64,000 bases of DNA from Tepidanaerobacteraceae bacterium (lineage in GTDB: Bacteria > Bacillota > Thermosediminibacteria > Thermosediminibacterales > Tepidanaerobacteraceae): NCBI GenBank assembly GCA_024655905.1, contig JANLFP010000004.1, forward strand, positions 19,643-83,642, given 5' to 3'. The translations under genes and the position numbers were made by a program. Of this stretch, positions 30,335-41,117 are shown piece after piece (position 1 is the first letter of the stretch; each line of letters begins with the position of its first letter). The notes under the pieces were generated by a model. The model ran no database searches. It saw nothing but the letters and a program-made list of their open reading frames with translations, and had not been told where the DNA came from.

Positions 30335-33300
30335 ATGATAACCTTTAGGAATATATTGAATAAAGACGATTTAATTGCTCTTGATGATTCAGAACTTAAA
30401 TCCATCCTAAATATTTTTATTACAAGAGTACAAATCGATATAAAAAGGCGCAAACTGGAAATTTTCCTGGAGCAGGGAAGAGAAATAGGATATCATTTGC
30501 ATGAAGAGATAAAAAAACTTTTATATGAAAAAATACCCGGATGCAAAAATATTGATATATGTTTCGATAATAAAAATCAGGAAAAAGTTGCTGATCCGAA
30601 AGAAATAATTAATTATCATTGGCAGGATATTTTGGAACATGTTTTCGCACATGCGCCCTCTTTGCGACTATGGCTTTTAAATGCTTCCTGGGATATGCAT
30701 AAAGATCAACTGATTATATATGTCGACAAAAGCGGCCTTGAATTTCTGGAAAGAAAAAAGTGCCGTTTGATTATAGAAAAATATTTAAAAGTTAGAGGTC
30801 TGCAAATAAAAGTATCCATCAGACAGAAAGCCGAAGATGCAGAGGAATACGATGTTTTTGAAGAAGATAGGGAAATTGTTGAAAACATGCTGAGCAATTA
30901 TAAGGACATCGATAACAGAGAACAAGACGATATAAATGGTCAAGGGATTTTGCTCGGTAAATTGATTACTGATGAACCGATTTTAATAAAAGATGTCCTC
31001 GCGGACATTCAGGATATCACAATTCAGGGGGAAATATTCGGAATCGAAAAGCGGGACTTGAAGAACGGAACAGTATTAATAACATTTGCTTTGACGGATT
31101 ATACCGGTTCTATACCGGTCAAAATATTTTTATCGGGTGGAAAAAAAGCCATAGGGGATAAAATAAAGGAAGGCTGCTGGATCAAAGCAAAGGGAAAATC
31201 GGAAAGCAATAAATATTCCCAGGAACTGGAATTTATTCCATATGATATTAACATTTCACAAAAACCTGCAAGACGGGATAATTGTCAAGAAAAACGGGTG
31301 GAACTGCATCTGCATACCAGATACAGCGCCATGGATGCTGTATGTTCCGTAAAACAAGTGATCGAGCAGGTAAAAAGCTGGGGACATAGAGCCGTAGCTT
31401 TTACCGACCATGGAGTGATACAATCTTTTCCTGAAGTTTACGAACATGCACGCGGCTCTGGTATAAAGCCCATCTACGGAGTTGAGGCTTATATTTTTGA
31501 TGACGAATTTCCGGTAATGATAAATCCTCCTGATATTAAATTTGCTGAAGCTACTTTTGTCGTTGCTGATATAGAAACCACAGGTCTATCGTTTGAAAAA
31601 GATGAAATTATTGAAATAGGTGCTGTAAAGATAAAAGATGGCGATATTATCGATCGATTCAGCTCATTTATTAAACCATCGAGAACGCTGCCGACAAATA
31701 TAATCAATCTTACAGGCATAACCAATGAAATGGTGATAAATGCTCCTCCTTTAAAGGAAGTATTGTCAAATTTCATTGATTTTCTGGGAGATGGCATCTT
31801 TGTAGCTCACAATGCTCACTTTGACTCTGGTTTTATAAGAAGAGACTGTGAAAAGTTCGGTTTAAGATTTGTAAATGCAATTCTTGATACACTACCCCTA
31901 TGCCAGATTTTATATACGGATTTGAAGAATCACAGGCTCGATACTGTAGCAAAAAAACTTGAAATAAAAATGGGAAATCATCATCGCGCTGTAGATGATG
32001 CAAATACTGCCGCTTTAATACTTAAGTCTGCGTTGCATTCAATTGAAAAATCTGGAATAGATAATCTTTCGAATATAAATCGCATTTATAATTTAAGCGA
32101 GGGTCAAGTACATCTCAATTCCTATCATGCAACAGTACTCGTAAAAAATATGGCAGGCTTAAAAAATCTATATAGGCTTGTGTCCATATCTCACCTTGAT
32201 TATTTTTACAGGCATCCCAGGATACCCAAATCCTTGCTAAAATCATACAGGGAGGGGCTCATACTTGGAACCGGATGCCAGGCGGGAGAGCTTTTCCAGG
32301 GATTACTTCACTATTTCGGCGAGGATCATATAGAAAGAATCGTGGATTTCTATGATTTTCTGGAAATCCAACCACTGCAAAACAATGCTTTTTTAATAAA
32401 AAACGGTCTGGTGAGCGGCAGGGAAACTCTTAAGAAGCTGAATATAAAAATCTATGAACTTGGCAAAAGGTTTAATAAACCGGTTTTGCTCACAGGAGAT
32501 GTACATTTTATTAATCCCGAAGATGAAATATACAGAAAGGTGCTTCTGAACTCCCAGGGCTATGAAGATGCCGATAAAGACAGTTTCCTTTACCTTAAAA
32601 CCACGGAAGAAATGCTCGATGAATGCGAATATCTGGGCAAAGAGGCAGCTTTTGAGGTTGTTGTAACGAATACCAACAAAATAGCAGAAGAGATTGATGA
32701 AAACATTAAACCTGTCCCGGATGAGTTGTATCCGCCAAAAATCGAGGGAGCGGAACAGGAAATAATAAATATGACTTATAAAAGGGCAAAAGAGCTTTAT
32801 GGAGAAAACCTTCCCAATTTAGTGCAGAAGCGTATAGAAAGGGAACTTAATTCAATTGTAAATCACGGCTATTCCGTTATATATTTAATTGCACACAAAC
32901 TTGTGAAAAAATCTCTTGAGGACGGTTATCTTGTAGGTTCCCGAGGTTCAGTGGGTTCATCCCTGGTTGCTACCATGTGTGGAATTACCGAAGTTAACCC
33001 TCTTCCACCACATTACTTGTGTCCGGACTGTAAACATTCAATATTTGTAGAAGAAGATGAAGGAATTGTAGGCCCCGATCTTCCAGATAAAACATGTCCC
33101 AGATGCGCAAAACCCATGAAAAAAGAAGGGTTTAACATACCTTTCGAGGTTTTTATGGGATTTGAAGGCGACAAGGTTCCGGATATCGACCTCAATTTTT
33201 CAGGAGAATATCAGGCAAGGGCACATAAATTTACAGAAGAACTGTTTGGAAGCCAACATGTTTTTAGAGCAGGCACCATATCAACGATAGCCGAAAAAAC

Positions 33301-34603
33301 GGCTTTTGGTTTTGTAAAATCTTTTATGGAAGAGAAAAAAATAAAAACATCGGCTGCAGAAATAAAAAGGCTGGCTGCGGGTATAACCGGGGTTAAGAGG
33401 ACCACAGGTCAGCACCCTGGGGGTTTAATGGTGGTTCCGCGGGATATGGAGATTTATGAGTTTACCCCGGTCCAATTTCCTGCAGACGATAAAGAATCAG
33501 GGGTCATTACAACCCATTTCGACTATCACTCAATAAGCAGCAGGCTGCTAAAGCTTGATTTGCTTGGCCATGATGATCCTACGGTCATAAAGATGCTTGA
33601 AGAGGAAACGGGAATAGATGCAAAAAAGATACCGCTTGATGATAAAGATACAATGGAAATATTTTCATCATTAAAATCTCTTAATCTGGACCCCGAATCA
33701 GTCGGCACAACTGTCGGCACCTTGGGAGTTCCCGAATTTGGAACCAGGTTTGTCAGACAGATGCTGGAGGATACCAGACCTTCAACGTTTGCCGAACTTG
33801 TAAGGATAAGCGGGCTTTCCCACGGGACTGACGTATGGCTAAATAATGCTCAGGACCTTATACGAAGCAAGACAGCAACTTTAAAGGATGTAATTGCAAC
33901 CAGGGACGACATCATGATATATCTATTGAATCAGGGTGTTGAGCCTAAAATTGCGTTTAATATAATGGAAAACGTGCGAAAGGGAAAAGGAATAAAACCT
34001 GAACATGAAGAAATTTTAATAAAGAACAAAAAAGTAGCTTCGTGGTTTGTGGAGTCATGTAAAAAGATAAAATATCTTTTTCCGAAAGCTCACGCCGTAG
34101 CATATGTTATAATGGCTTTCAGAATAGCTTATTTTAAAGTGCATTATCCCGAAGCTTTTTACGCCACATATTTCACGGTAAGGGCTGACGATTTTGATGC
34201 GGAACTTATATTGCAGGGGCCAAAAAAAATCAGGGAGGCAATAGCGGAAATTGAAAAAAAAGAAAAAGAATCGAGTGCAAAGGAAAAGAATTTGCTGACC
34301 ATATTAGAAGTTGCCAACGAGATGTATATGCGGGGAATACAGTTTGTTCCCATTGATCTTTATAAATCCGATATAAGAAGGTTCAAAATAACACCGGTCG
34401 GTATCCTTCCGCCATTGACTTCGCTTCAGGGCCTCGGTCTTGCGGCAGCCCAAAGCATAGAAGAAGAAAGGAAAAAAGGCAAGTTTTCATCAATAGAAGA
34501 CCTTCGCCAGCGAACGAGGATAACGAAGAATGTTATTCAGATTTTAAAGCAGAACGGTATCATATCGAATCTTCAGGAAACAAATCAATTATGCCTTTTT
34601 TAA
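30335..34603 (+). CDS. polC: DNA polymerase III alpha subunit, PolC type
   Basis: About 1420 aa. It has a PHP domain (HLHTRYSAMD), an inserted DEDDh 3'-5' exonuclease (VVADIETTGL...HRAVDDA), a Zn-finger (CPDC...CPRC) and a polymerase core. Confidence 0.98.
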   Translation: MITFRNILNKDDLIALDDSELKSILNIFITRVQIDIKRRKLEIFLEQGREIGYHLHEEIKKLLYEKIPGCKNIDICFDNKNQEKVADPKEIINYHWQDILEHVFAHAPSLRLWLLNASWDMHKDQLIIYVDKSGLEFLERKKCRLIIEKYLKVRGLQIKVSIRQKAEDAEEYDVFEEDREIVENMLSNYKDIDNREQDDINGQGILLGKLITDEPILIKDVLADIQDITIQGEIFGIEKRDLKNGTVLITFALTDYTGSIPVKIFLSGGKKAIGDKIKEGCWIKAKGKSESNKYSQELEFIPYDINISQKPARRDNCQEKRVELHLHTRYSAMDAVCSVKQVIEQVKSWGHRAVAFTDHGVIQSFPEVYEHARGSGIKPIYGVEAYIFDDEFPVMINPPDIKFAEATFVVADIETTGLSFEKDEIIEIGAVKIKDGDIIDRFSSFIKPSRTLPTNIINLTGITNEMVINAPPLKEVLSNFIDFLGDGIFVAHNAHFDSGFIRRDCEKFGLRFVNAILDTLPLCQILYTDLKNHRLDTVAKKLEIKMGNHHRAVDDANTAALILKSALHSIEKSGIDNLSNINRIYNLSEGQVHLNSYHATVLVKNMAGLKNLYRLVSISHLDYFYRHPRIPKSLLKSYREGLILGTGCQAGELFQGLLHYFGEDHIERIVDFYDFLEIQPLQNNAFLIKNGLVSGRETLKKLNIKIYELGKRFNKPVLLTGDVHFINPEDEIYRKVLLNSQGYEDADKDSFLYLKTTEEMLDECEYLGKEAAFEVVVTNTNKIAEEIDENIKPVPDELYPPKIEGAEQEIINMTYKRAKELYGENLPNLVQKRIERELNSIVNHGYSVIYLIAHKLVKKSLEDGYLVGSRGSVGSSLVATMCGITEVNPLPPHYLCPDCKHSIFVEEDEGIVGPDLPDKTCPRCAKPMKKEGFNIPFEVFMGFEGDKVPDIDLNFSGEYQARAHKFTEELFGSQHVFRAGTISTIAEKTAFGFVKSFMEEKKIKTSAAEIKRLAAGITGVKRTTGQHPGGLMVVPRDMEIYEFTPVQFPADDKESGVITTHFDYHSISSRLLKLDLLGHDDPTVIKMLEEETGIDAKKIPLDDKDTMEIFSSLKSLNLDPESVGTTVGTLGVPEFGTRFVRQMLEDTRPSTFAELVRISGLSHGTDVWLNNAQDLIRSKTATLKDVIATRDDIMIYLLNQGVEPKIAFNIMENVRKGKGIKPEHEEILIKNKKVASWFVESCKKIKYLFPKAHAVAYVIMAFRIAYFKVHYPEAFYATYFTVRADDFDAELILQGPKKIREAIAEIEKKEKESSAKEKNLLTILEVANEMYMRGIQFVPIDLYKSDIRRFKITPVGILPPLTSLQGLGLAAAQSIEEERKKGKFSSIEDLRQRTRITKNVIQILKQNGIISNLQETNQLCLF

Positions 34604-34616
34604 AATGCTTTTTATA

Positions 34617-34645
34617 TTGCATTACAGTTTTTACTATGCTATAAT
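34617..34645 (+). promoter_or_regulatory. Sigma-A-type promoter (extended -10) for the rimP-nusA-infB operon
   Basis: TTGCAT, a 17-nt spacer, then TGcTATAAT. Confidence 0.6.
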
Positions 34646-34673
34646 GTTATCTAAGAAATACAGGACATTGTAT

Positions 34674-34700
34674 AGAGTGGGTTATTCCCACTCTTTATCT
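34674..34700 (+). terminator. Terminator-like hairpin in the rimP-nusA leader (also plausibly the polC terminator)
   Basis: AGAGTGGG / CCCACTCT 8-bp stem with loop TTATT, followed by an interrupted T-rich tract (TTTATCTTT). Confidence 0.55.
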
Positions 34701-34759
34701 TTAATGCTAAATCTGTTTTTATATCTAAAGATGATAATTCATTTTGTTAACACTTCTTT

Positions 34760-35230
34760 TTGATAGGCGGTGATAGTTTGCTAGACGAAAAAGTCATGAA
34801 AACACTGGAGAAAATAGGCAGAGATGCGGTTGCAAAAAGAAACTTTGAGTTCGTTGATATGGAGTTTATTAAAGAAGCCGGTCATTGGTATCTTCGTTAC
34901 TATATCGACAAGCAGGAAGGTATTACCATTGATGATTGCCAGATGGTAAGCGAAGAAATAAGCAGACAACTCGATATAAAAGATCCTATACCTTGCAGTT
35001 ATATACTGGAAGTATCTTCGCCGGGCATTGAAAGACCTCTGAAAAGCGATAAAGATTTTACAAAAGCTGTTGGCTCAAAGGTGGAAATAAAAACATACCA
35101 GCCTTTTGGAAACAAAAAGATATTCAGCGGTATCTTAAAAGATTTTTCTGATGGAATTGTAACCCTTGAAGGTGAGGAAGTTGTTAAAATACCCAAAGAC
35201 AGTATTTCATTCGCCAAAAAGAAATTTTAA
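34760..35230 (+). CDS. rimP: Ribosome maturation factor RimP
   Basis: RimP sequence (YLRYYIDK...ITIDDCQMVSEEIS...LEVSSPGIERPL). The start is uncertain (34760, 34778 or 34796). Confidence 0.9.
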   Translation: MIGGDSLLDEKVMKTLEKIGRDAVAKRNFEFVDMEFIKEAGHWYLRYYIDKQEGITIDDCQMVSEEISRQLDIKDPIPCSYILEVSSPGIERPLKSDKDFTKAVGSKVEIKTYQPFGNKKIFSGILKDFSDGIVTLEGEEVVKIPKDSISFAKKKF

Positions 35231-35249
35231 TAGAGCGGGGAGTTGAAAA

Positions 35250-36296
35250 ATGAATATAGATTTTATTGAAGCTATCGAACAGTTGGAAAAAGAAAAGGGG
35301 ATTTCAAAGGATATTTTGCTTGAGGCCCTAGAAGCATCATTAATTTCGGCTTATAAAAAAAATTACGGTTCAGCGCAAAATGTGTCTGTAAATATCGATA
35401 GAGATACCGGCGAAGTCAAAGTTTTTTCCAGAAAAACAGTAACAGATGATGTCAAAGATCCTTTGCTTGAAATAGATTTAGAGGAAGCTTTAGCAATGGA
35501 ACCCACAGCAAAAATCGGAGATGTAATATCCATCGAGGTTACACCGAAAAAGTTCGGGAGGATAGCAGCCCAGACAGCAAAACAGGTTGTAATGCAAAGA
35601 ATAAGAGAAGCAGAAAGAAATATTATTTATGAAGAATTTTCAGGTAGAGAAACGGACATCGTTACAGGTGTAGTGCAAAGATTCGATAAAAAAAATATAA
35701 TAATAGATTTGGGTAAAATTGAAGTGATTCTACCTCCAAACGAGCAAATACCAACGGAAAATTATAAACAGGGAGATAGAATCAAGGTATATATTCTGGA
35801 AGTTAAAAAGACGACAAAAGGCCCTCAGATCACTGTATCCAGATCTCATCCCGGTCTTGTCAAAAGGTTGTTTGAACTGGAAGTTCCTGAAATTTTCGAT
35901 GGCATAGTAGAGATTAAAGGAATAGCCAGAGAAGCAGGTTCGCGCACAAAAATAGCTGTTTACTCTAAAAATGATAATGTAGATCCGGTGGGTTCATGCG
36001 TAGGTCCTAAAGGGACCAGAGTGCAGGCTATAGTGGAAGAACTTAAAGGAGAAAAAATTGATATAATAAAATGGGATAAGAATATTTCAAACTATATATC
36101 AAATTCATTGAGTCCAGCCAGAGTAACGGAGGTAACAATTGAAGAAAGTAGTAAACTCGCACGTGTTACAGTGCCTGAAAATCAATTATCCCTAGCAATA
36201 GGCAAAGAAGGTCAGAATGCCAGGCTGGCGGCGAAACTTACCGGTTGGAAAATTGATATTAAAAGTGAAGATAAAAGAGGGGATGAAAATGCCTAA
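35250..36296 (+). CDS. nusA: Transcription termination/antitermination factor NusA
   Basis: N-terminal domain, S1 domain and two KH domains are recognisable (GPQITVSRSHP, AIGKEGQNARLAAKLTGWKIDI). Confidence 0.97.
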   Translation: MNIDFIEAIEQLEKEKGISKDILLEALEASLISAYKKNYGSAQNVSVNIDRDTGEVKVFSRKTVTDDVKDPLLEIDLEEALAMEPTAKIGDVISIEVTPKKFGRIAAQTAKQVVMQRIREAERNIIYEEFSGRETDIVTGVVQRFDKKNIIIDLGKIEVILPPNEQIPTENYKQGDRIKVYILEVKKTTKGPQITVSRSHPGLVKRLFELEVPEIFDGIVEIKGIAREAGSRTKIAVYSKNDNVDPVGSCVGPKGTRVQAIVEELKGEKIDIIKWDKNISNYISNSLSPARVTEVTIEESSKLARVTVPENQLSLAIGKEGQNARLAAKLTGWKIDIKSEDKRGDENA

Positions 36297-36552
36297 AAAA
36301 ATTCCGCAGCGCATGTGCTTAGGATGCAGGCAAATGAAACCCAAAAAAGAATTGACGCGGATAGTAAGGACTGTCGATGGGAAAATAGAAGTAGACCCAA
36401 CCGGCAAAAAATCTGGGAGAGGGGCTTATTTTTGCAAGGATCCCAAGTGCCTTGAAAATGCCCTTAGAGAAGATCGCCTATCCAAAGCGCTGGATATTAG
36501 TGTTTCGAGGGAAACGGTGAATAGACTCAAGGAGGATTTAAACAAAATATGA
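36289..36552 (+). CDS. ylxR: YlxR (RnpM) family RNA-binding protein
   Basis: Starts MPKKIPQRMCLGCRQ and contains GRGAY, typical of YlxR/DUF448. It overlaps the nusA stop. Confidence 0.9.
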   Translation: MPKKIPQRMCLGCRQMKPKKELTRIVRTVDGKIEVDPTGKKSGRGAYFCKDPKCLENALREDRLSKALDISVSRETVNRLKEDLNKI

Positions 36553-36875
36553 AGCTTCCTGATATTCTTTCCCTATTAGGCATTTCCCAAAAGGCAGGAA
36601 AGCTGATATCCGGCCAGGATAACGTTGAGAGGGCGATAAATTTCAAGCGGATTTATTTGATAATAGTTTCTGAGGATTCATCAGAGAACACAAAAAAAAA
36701 GTTTTTAAATTTGGCAAAAAGCAAGAAAATACCCGTTGTTGTTTGGGGGAATGCGCAGGATTTAGGTCATTCCATAGGGAAAGAGGAAAGAAAGGTTTTA
36801 AGTTTGACTGATAAGGGCCTGGCTAATGAAATATACAGGCGTATAAAAATTTTAAACGGGGGTGGGGGATATTGA
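36549..36875 (+). CDS. ylxQ: L7Ae-family RNA-binding protein YlxQ
   Basis: 108 aa with an L7Ae-like sequence ([13 protein letters not shown]). It lies between ylxR and infB, as in Bacillus. Confidence 0.85.
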   Translation: MKLPDILSLLGISQKAGKLISGQDNVERAINFKRIYLIIVSEDSSENTKKKFLNLAKSKKIPVVVWGNAQDLGHSIGKEERKVLSLTDKGLANEIYRRIKILNGGGGY

Positions 36876-38869
36876 ATAGACTGAGAGTATATGAGTTGGC
36901 AAAGCAATTGGGAGTTTCCAGCAAAAAACTTTTAACAATCCTCGAAGATCTAGGTATTACTGTAAAAAACCATATGAGCACTTTAGAAGATGATACAGCC
37001 CAGTTAATAATAGATATAATAAATGAAGAAACTGGCAAAGGAAAGTCTAGAAACAACAAGCTCGAAGAAGATATGGATTTTGAAAAGCAACAAAAAAGCT
37101 ATGAGGAAATAAAGGCACCTAAAAGGAAAACCATCACTTTATCCGAAAAGATAAGTGTTAAAGAACTTGGGAAAAAAATCAATATTGAACCGGTGCAAAT
37201 AATTAAAAAACTTATGGATTTTGGCTTAATGGTAAATATAAATGCAGAGATTGACTTTGATTCGGCAAAAAAGCTTGTAAATGAATTTGGTTTCGATGCC
37301 GAACAGGAAGAAAGGCAATATATTATTGAACAAACTGAAGAAGAAGAAAATGAAAGGGATTTGAAGCCAAGACCTCCTGTAGTTACTGTAATGGGGCATG
37401 TAGATCATGGAAAAACTTCTCTTCTGGATGCTATTAGACAAACAAACGTAACCTCTCGCGAAGCCGGAGGCATTACTCAACATATAGGTGCTTCTCAAAT
37501 CGAAGTTAACGGGAAAATAATAGTTTTTTTAGATACACCTGGGCATGAAGCTTTTACTACTATGCGTGCACGGGGAGCTAAAGTAACCGATATTGCCGTA
37601 CTGGTCGTCGCTGCCGATGACGGTGTCATGCCTCAGACTGTTGAAGCTATTAACCATGCAAAAGCAGCGGGGGTACCGATTATTGTTGCTGTGAATAAGA
37701 TAGATAAACCCAATGCCAATCCAGAAAGAGTAAGGCAGCAATTGGCAGAATACAACCTCATTCCTGAAGAGTGGGGCGGAGATACTATATTCGTTAATGT
37801 ATCGGCAAAGACAAAAGCCGGTATTGACCAGCTTCTTGAAATGATTTTGCTGGTGGCGGAGATGGCTGAACTCAAAGCCAGTTATACTTCGAAAGCTAAA
37901 GGTGTTATTATTGAAGCGAAATTGGATAAAGGGCGTGGTCCGGTAGCCACGGTGTTAATTCAAAAAGGGATATTAAAAGTAGGGAATTGCGTGGTGGCCG
38001 GAACAGCTTATGGCAAGATAAGGGCTTTATTCGACTCACGCGGGAAAAAGATTAAGTCTGCAGGGCCATCCATACCTGTAGAAGTTCTCGGATTGTCTGA
38101 AGTACCCAATGCGGGTGATGTTTTAAGAGTGGTGGCAAATGAAAAAGAGGCAAAAGTTATAGCGGAAGGCAAAAGACAATTGCAAAAAGAAACTGAATTT
38201 GGGCCCACTCAAAAAATATCATTGAATCAGTTGTTTGAAAAGATGCAGAAAGGTGAAGTAAAAGAGTTAAATATTATATTAAAGGCAGATGTTCAGGGAT
38301 CAATAGAAGCATTAAAACAGGCTTTAGAGAAGTGTTCAACCGATGAGGTACAGGTTAAAATAATTCACGGCGGTGTAGGCGCCATAAACGAAAATGATGT
38401 GATGCTGGCAGCGGCTTCTGATGCAATAATTATTGGCTTTAATGTGAGACCTTATTCAAATGCAATAAAAATTGCGGAAAGGGAGCATATTGATATCAGG
38501 ACTTACAGGATCATATATGATGTGGTCGATGACATACAATCTGCCATGAAAGGCATGCTTGAACCCAAATTTGAAGAAGTCGTAATTGGAAGGGCGGAAG
38601 TAAGGGCGCTGTTCAAAGTGCCTAACATTGGAGTGGTTGCGGGTTGTTTTGTGACCGAAGGCAAAATAGCAAGAAATGCACAGATAAGAGTCCTCCGCCA
38701 GGGTGTAGTTGTCCATGAAGGCAAAATAGCATCCCTTAAACGTTTCAAAGAAGATGTCCGGGAAGTGGTTAGCGGTTACGAATGCGGAATAGGTCTGGAA
38801 AAATTCAATGATATCAAAGAACAGGATGTATTCGAGGCTTTTATCTTAAAAGCCATGGAGAAACAGTAG
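36872..38869 (+). CDS. infB: Translation initiation factor IF-2
   Basis: N-terminal IF2-N ([17 protein letters not shown]) and a GTPase domain ([21 protein letters not shown]). Confidence 0.98.
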   Translation: MNRLRVYELAKQLGVSSKKLLTILEDLGITVKNHMSTLEDDTAQLIIDIINEETGKGKSRNNKLEEDMDFEKQQKSYEEIKAPKRKTITLSEKISVKELGKKINIEPVQIIKKLMDFGLMVNINAEIDFDSAKKLVNEFGFDAEQEERQYIIEQTEEEENERDLKPRPPVVTVMGHVDHGKTSLLDAIRQTNVTSREAGGITQHIGASQIEVNGKIIVFLDTPGHEAFTTMRARGAKVTDIAVLVVAADDGVMPQTVEAINHAKAAGVPIIVAVNKIDKPNANPERVRQQLAEYNLIPEEWGGDTIFVNVSAKTKAGIDQLLEMILLVAEMAELKASYTSKAKGVIIEAKLDKGRGPVATVLIQKGILKVGNCVVAGTAYGKIRALFDSRGKKIKSAGPSIPVEVLGLSEVPNAGDVLRVVANEKEAKVIAEGKRQLQKETEFGPTQKISLNQLFEKMQKGEVKELNIILKADVQGSIEALKQALEKCSTDEVQVKIIHGGVGAINENDVMLAAASDAIIIGFNVRPYSNAIKIAEREHIDIRTYRIIYDVVDDIQSAMKGMLEPKFEEVVIGRAEVRALFKVPNIGVVAGCFVTEGKIARNAQIRVLRQGVVVHEGKIASLKRFKEDVREVVSGYECGIGLEKFNDIKEQDVFEAFILKAMEKQ

Positions 38870-38890
38870 TTTTTTGGGGAGGCTTTTAAA

Positions 38891-39262
38891 GTGGAATTTT
38901 CTAGAAATGAGAGAGTGGCGGAAGAAATAAAAAAATCCGCAAGCCAGATAATAAATAACGAACTTAAAGATCCACGGATTTCCGGGTTGATCTCGGTGAC
39001 TAAAGTCGTTGTGACAAAAGATTTGCGCAATGCAAGGATATTCTTGAGCATATATGGAGGCGAAAATGAAAAACAAAAAGTATTTGAGGGAATAAAAAAT
39101 GCCGAAGGTTTTATCAGAAAAGAGCTGGCAAGAAGGGTAAGAATGAAGTTTGTGCCGGAAATTTCTTTTAAAATCGATGAATCAATAGAATATGGCATTC
39201 ATATTCACAAATTGTTGGAAGAAATACACGAACAAGAAACCGATAGAAATGAGGAAGAGTGA
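38891..39262 (+). CDS. rbfA: Ribosome-binding factor A
   Basis: RbfA sequence (RVAEEIKK...LKDPRI...VTKDLRNARIF). It has a GTG start 8 nt after GGGGAGG. Confidence 0.93.
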   Translation: MEFSRNERVAEEIKKSASQIINNELKDPRISGLISVTKVVVTKDLRNARIFLSIYGGENEKQKVFEGIKNAEGFIRKELARRVRMKFVPEISFKIDESIEYGIHIHKLLEEIHEQETDRNEEE

Positions 39263-39263
39263 A

Positions 39264-40226
39264 ATGGATTTTTCCGCTTTTTATAATATATTGGCAAAGT
39301 ATAATTCATATATCGTAACCTCACACATAGTGCCCGACGGGGACGGTATAGGTTCGGTGCTTGCCATGATGTTGGCGCTTCAAAAAGCGGGTAAAAATGC
39401 AGTTGCAGTGGTTCGTGATACTGTACCAGATAAATATATTTTTTTGCCCTATGCGAGGACTATAAAAAAAGATTTTGACGGAAAATATGATGTTATTATT
39501 TCATTAGACTGCGGTGATGAAGAAAGATTGGGTTTTGAGAAGCCTTTGAAGGATTTAGGCAAAATAGTTGTGAACATTGACCATCATAAAAGCAATACTT
39601 TCTTCGGAGATATCAACATTATAGATTGCCATGCGTCTTCGGTGGGAGAGATTCTATATCATATAATAAAAGACTTGACAATTATTGATATGGATATAGC
39701 AACGAATATTTATACCTCGATCATTACAGATACAGGATCCCTCCGGTATTCCAATACAACACCATCGTGCCTTAGAATTCTGGCTGAACTGGTTGAAAAA
39801 GGTGTAAAGCCAGACTTTATAAGTCGGCAGGTGTTCGAAAAACGCAGCATTGAATCTGTAAATCTAATAAAAATGGCACTCAATACTCTTGAAATATTAA
39901 GTGATGGCATGTTGGCCTGTATTTTTATTACTAAAGAAATTATGGAAAAGTCGGGAGCAAAAGAAGAAGATACCGATGGGATAATAAATTATGCCAGGGA
40001 AATAGAAGGTGTGGAAGTAGCTGTATTATTTAAGGAAAAAGAAGAAGGATTGATAAAAGTGGGTTTCAGGTCAAACGATTGGATTGATGTAAGCAAAATA
40101 GCAGAAGAATTTGGCGGCGGTGGTCATGCAAGAGCTGCCGGATGTACCTTAAAGGCGACATTGAATGAAACGCGGGAAAATGTCTTGAATTCCGTAAAAA
40201 AATACCTTGCGAGGGAAAAATCTTGA
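39264..40226 (+). CDS. nrnA: DHH/DHHA1 phosphoesterase, NrnA-like oligoribonuclease/pAp phosphatase
   Basis: Carries the motifs HIVPDGDGIGS, DCGD, NIDHHKSN and GGGGHARAAG. The ORF track start at 39192 is an in-frame extension overlapping rbfA. Confidence 0.85.
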   Translation: MDFSAFYNILAKYNSYIVTSHIVPDGDGIGSVLAMMLALQKAGKNAVAVVRDTVPDKYIFLPYARTIKKDFDGKYDVIISLDCGDEERLGFEKPLKDLGKIVVNIDHHKSNTFFGDINIIDCHASSVGEILYHIIKDLTIIDMDIATNIYTSIITDTGSLRYSNTTPSCLRILAELVEKGVKPDFISRQVFEKRSIESVNLIKMALNTLEILSDGMLACIFITKEIMEKSGAKEEDTDGIINYAREIEGVEVAVLFKEKEEGLIKVGFRSNDWIDVSKIAEEFGGGGHARAAGCTLKATLNETRENVLNSVKKYLAREKS

Positions 40227-41104
40227 AGGGAATAATAAATGTCTTAAAACCTCCTGGAATGACATCTCATGATGTTGTGGCCTTTCTCAGAAAGCTTATT
40301 AATACAAAGAAAATCGGCCATGGAGGAACCCTTGACCCGGCAGCCGCCGGAGTTCTTCCGGTTTTTATCGGGAAAGCAACGAAAGCCATCGAGTTTTTTG
40401 AAATAACAGATAAGGAATATATTGCCGAAATGGTGCTGGGGATTACCACCAATACCGGTGACTCTGAGGGAAGTGTTCTGAAGATAAGCCGGGTTAATGT
40501 AGACATTGAAATGATAAATCGGGTTTTCTTGGAATTCACGGGCAAAATAGAGCAAATACCACCCATGTATTCAGCTGTGCGTTATAAAGGCCGAAAACTT
40601 TATGAGCTTGCCCGTCAAGGAATAACGGTTGAAAGAAACCCCAGAACCGTTGAGATAAAAGCCCTTGAACTTTTGCATTTTGAAGAAAACACTTTAACAT
40701 TCAGGACAATCTGTTCAAAAGGAACATATATAAGGACCTTATGCGAGGATATAGGGAAGAGGTTGGGATGCGGAGCGTATCTTTCATACCTTGTAAGGAC
40801 CAGGGCTGGATTGTTCGGCATAAACAAAGCTTATACTATTGAAGAAATAGAGCAGAATGTAGACGATAGCAACCTGGAAAAAATGATAATTCCGATCGAT
40901 GAAGGTCTAGCATTTTTGCCAGCTGTTAAGATTGATGAACAGGGAAAAAACAGTTTGTCAAGCGGCAGTGTTTTATATAGCGATTTGAGTCATAAAATAT
41001 GTGATTTTGTAAGGGTATATTGCGAAGATGTTTTTATTGGCATAGCAAAGGCAGAAAAGTTTGATAAAACAAGCCGCTTACGCATAGTAAAAACTTTTCT
41101 TTAG
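40223..41104 (+). CDS. truB: tRNA pseudouridine-55 synthase
   Basis: Catalytic motif GHGGTLDPAAAGVLP. It has a TTG start overlapping the nrnA stop. Confidence 0.95.
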   Translation: MKGIINVLKPPGMTSHDVVAFLRKLINTKKIGHGGTLDPAAAGVLPVFIGKATKAIEFFEITDKEYIAEMVLGITTNTGDSEGSVLKISRVNVDIEMINRVFLEFTGKIEQIPPMYSAVRYKGRKLYELARQGITVERNPRTVEIKALELLHFEENTLTFRTICSKGTYIRTLCEDIGKRLGCGAYLSYLVRTRAGLFGINKAYTIEEIEQNVDDSNLEKMIIPIDEGLAFLPAVKIDEQGKNSLSSGSVLYSDLSHKICDFVRVYCEDVFIGIAKAEKFDKTSRLRIVKTFL

Positions 41105-41117
41105 GATTGAGGAAAAT

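Noticed and set aside
30335-34603. A check of polC, and of recA at 60744-61775, for inteins or other large insertions.
   Set aside because: The lengths (about 1420 aa and 343 aa) and the continuous conserved motifs match intein-free versions. No Cys/Ser...His-Asn splice-junction blocks were seen.
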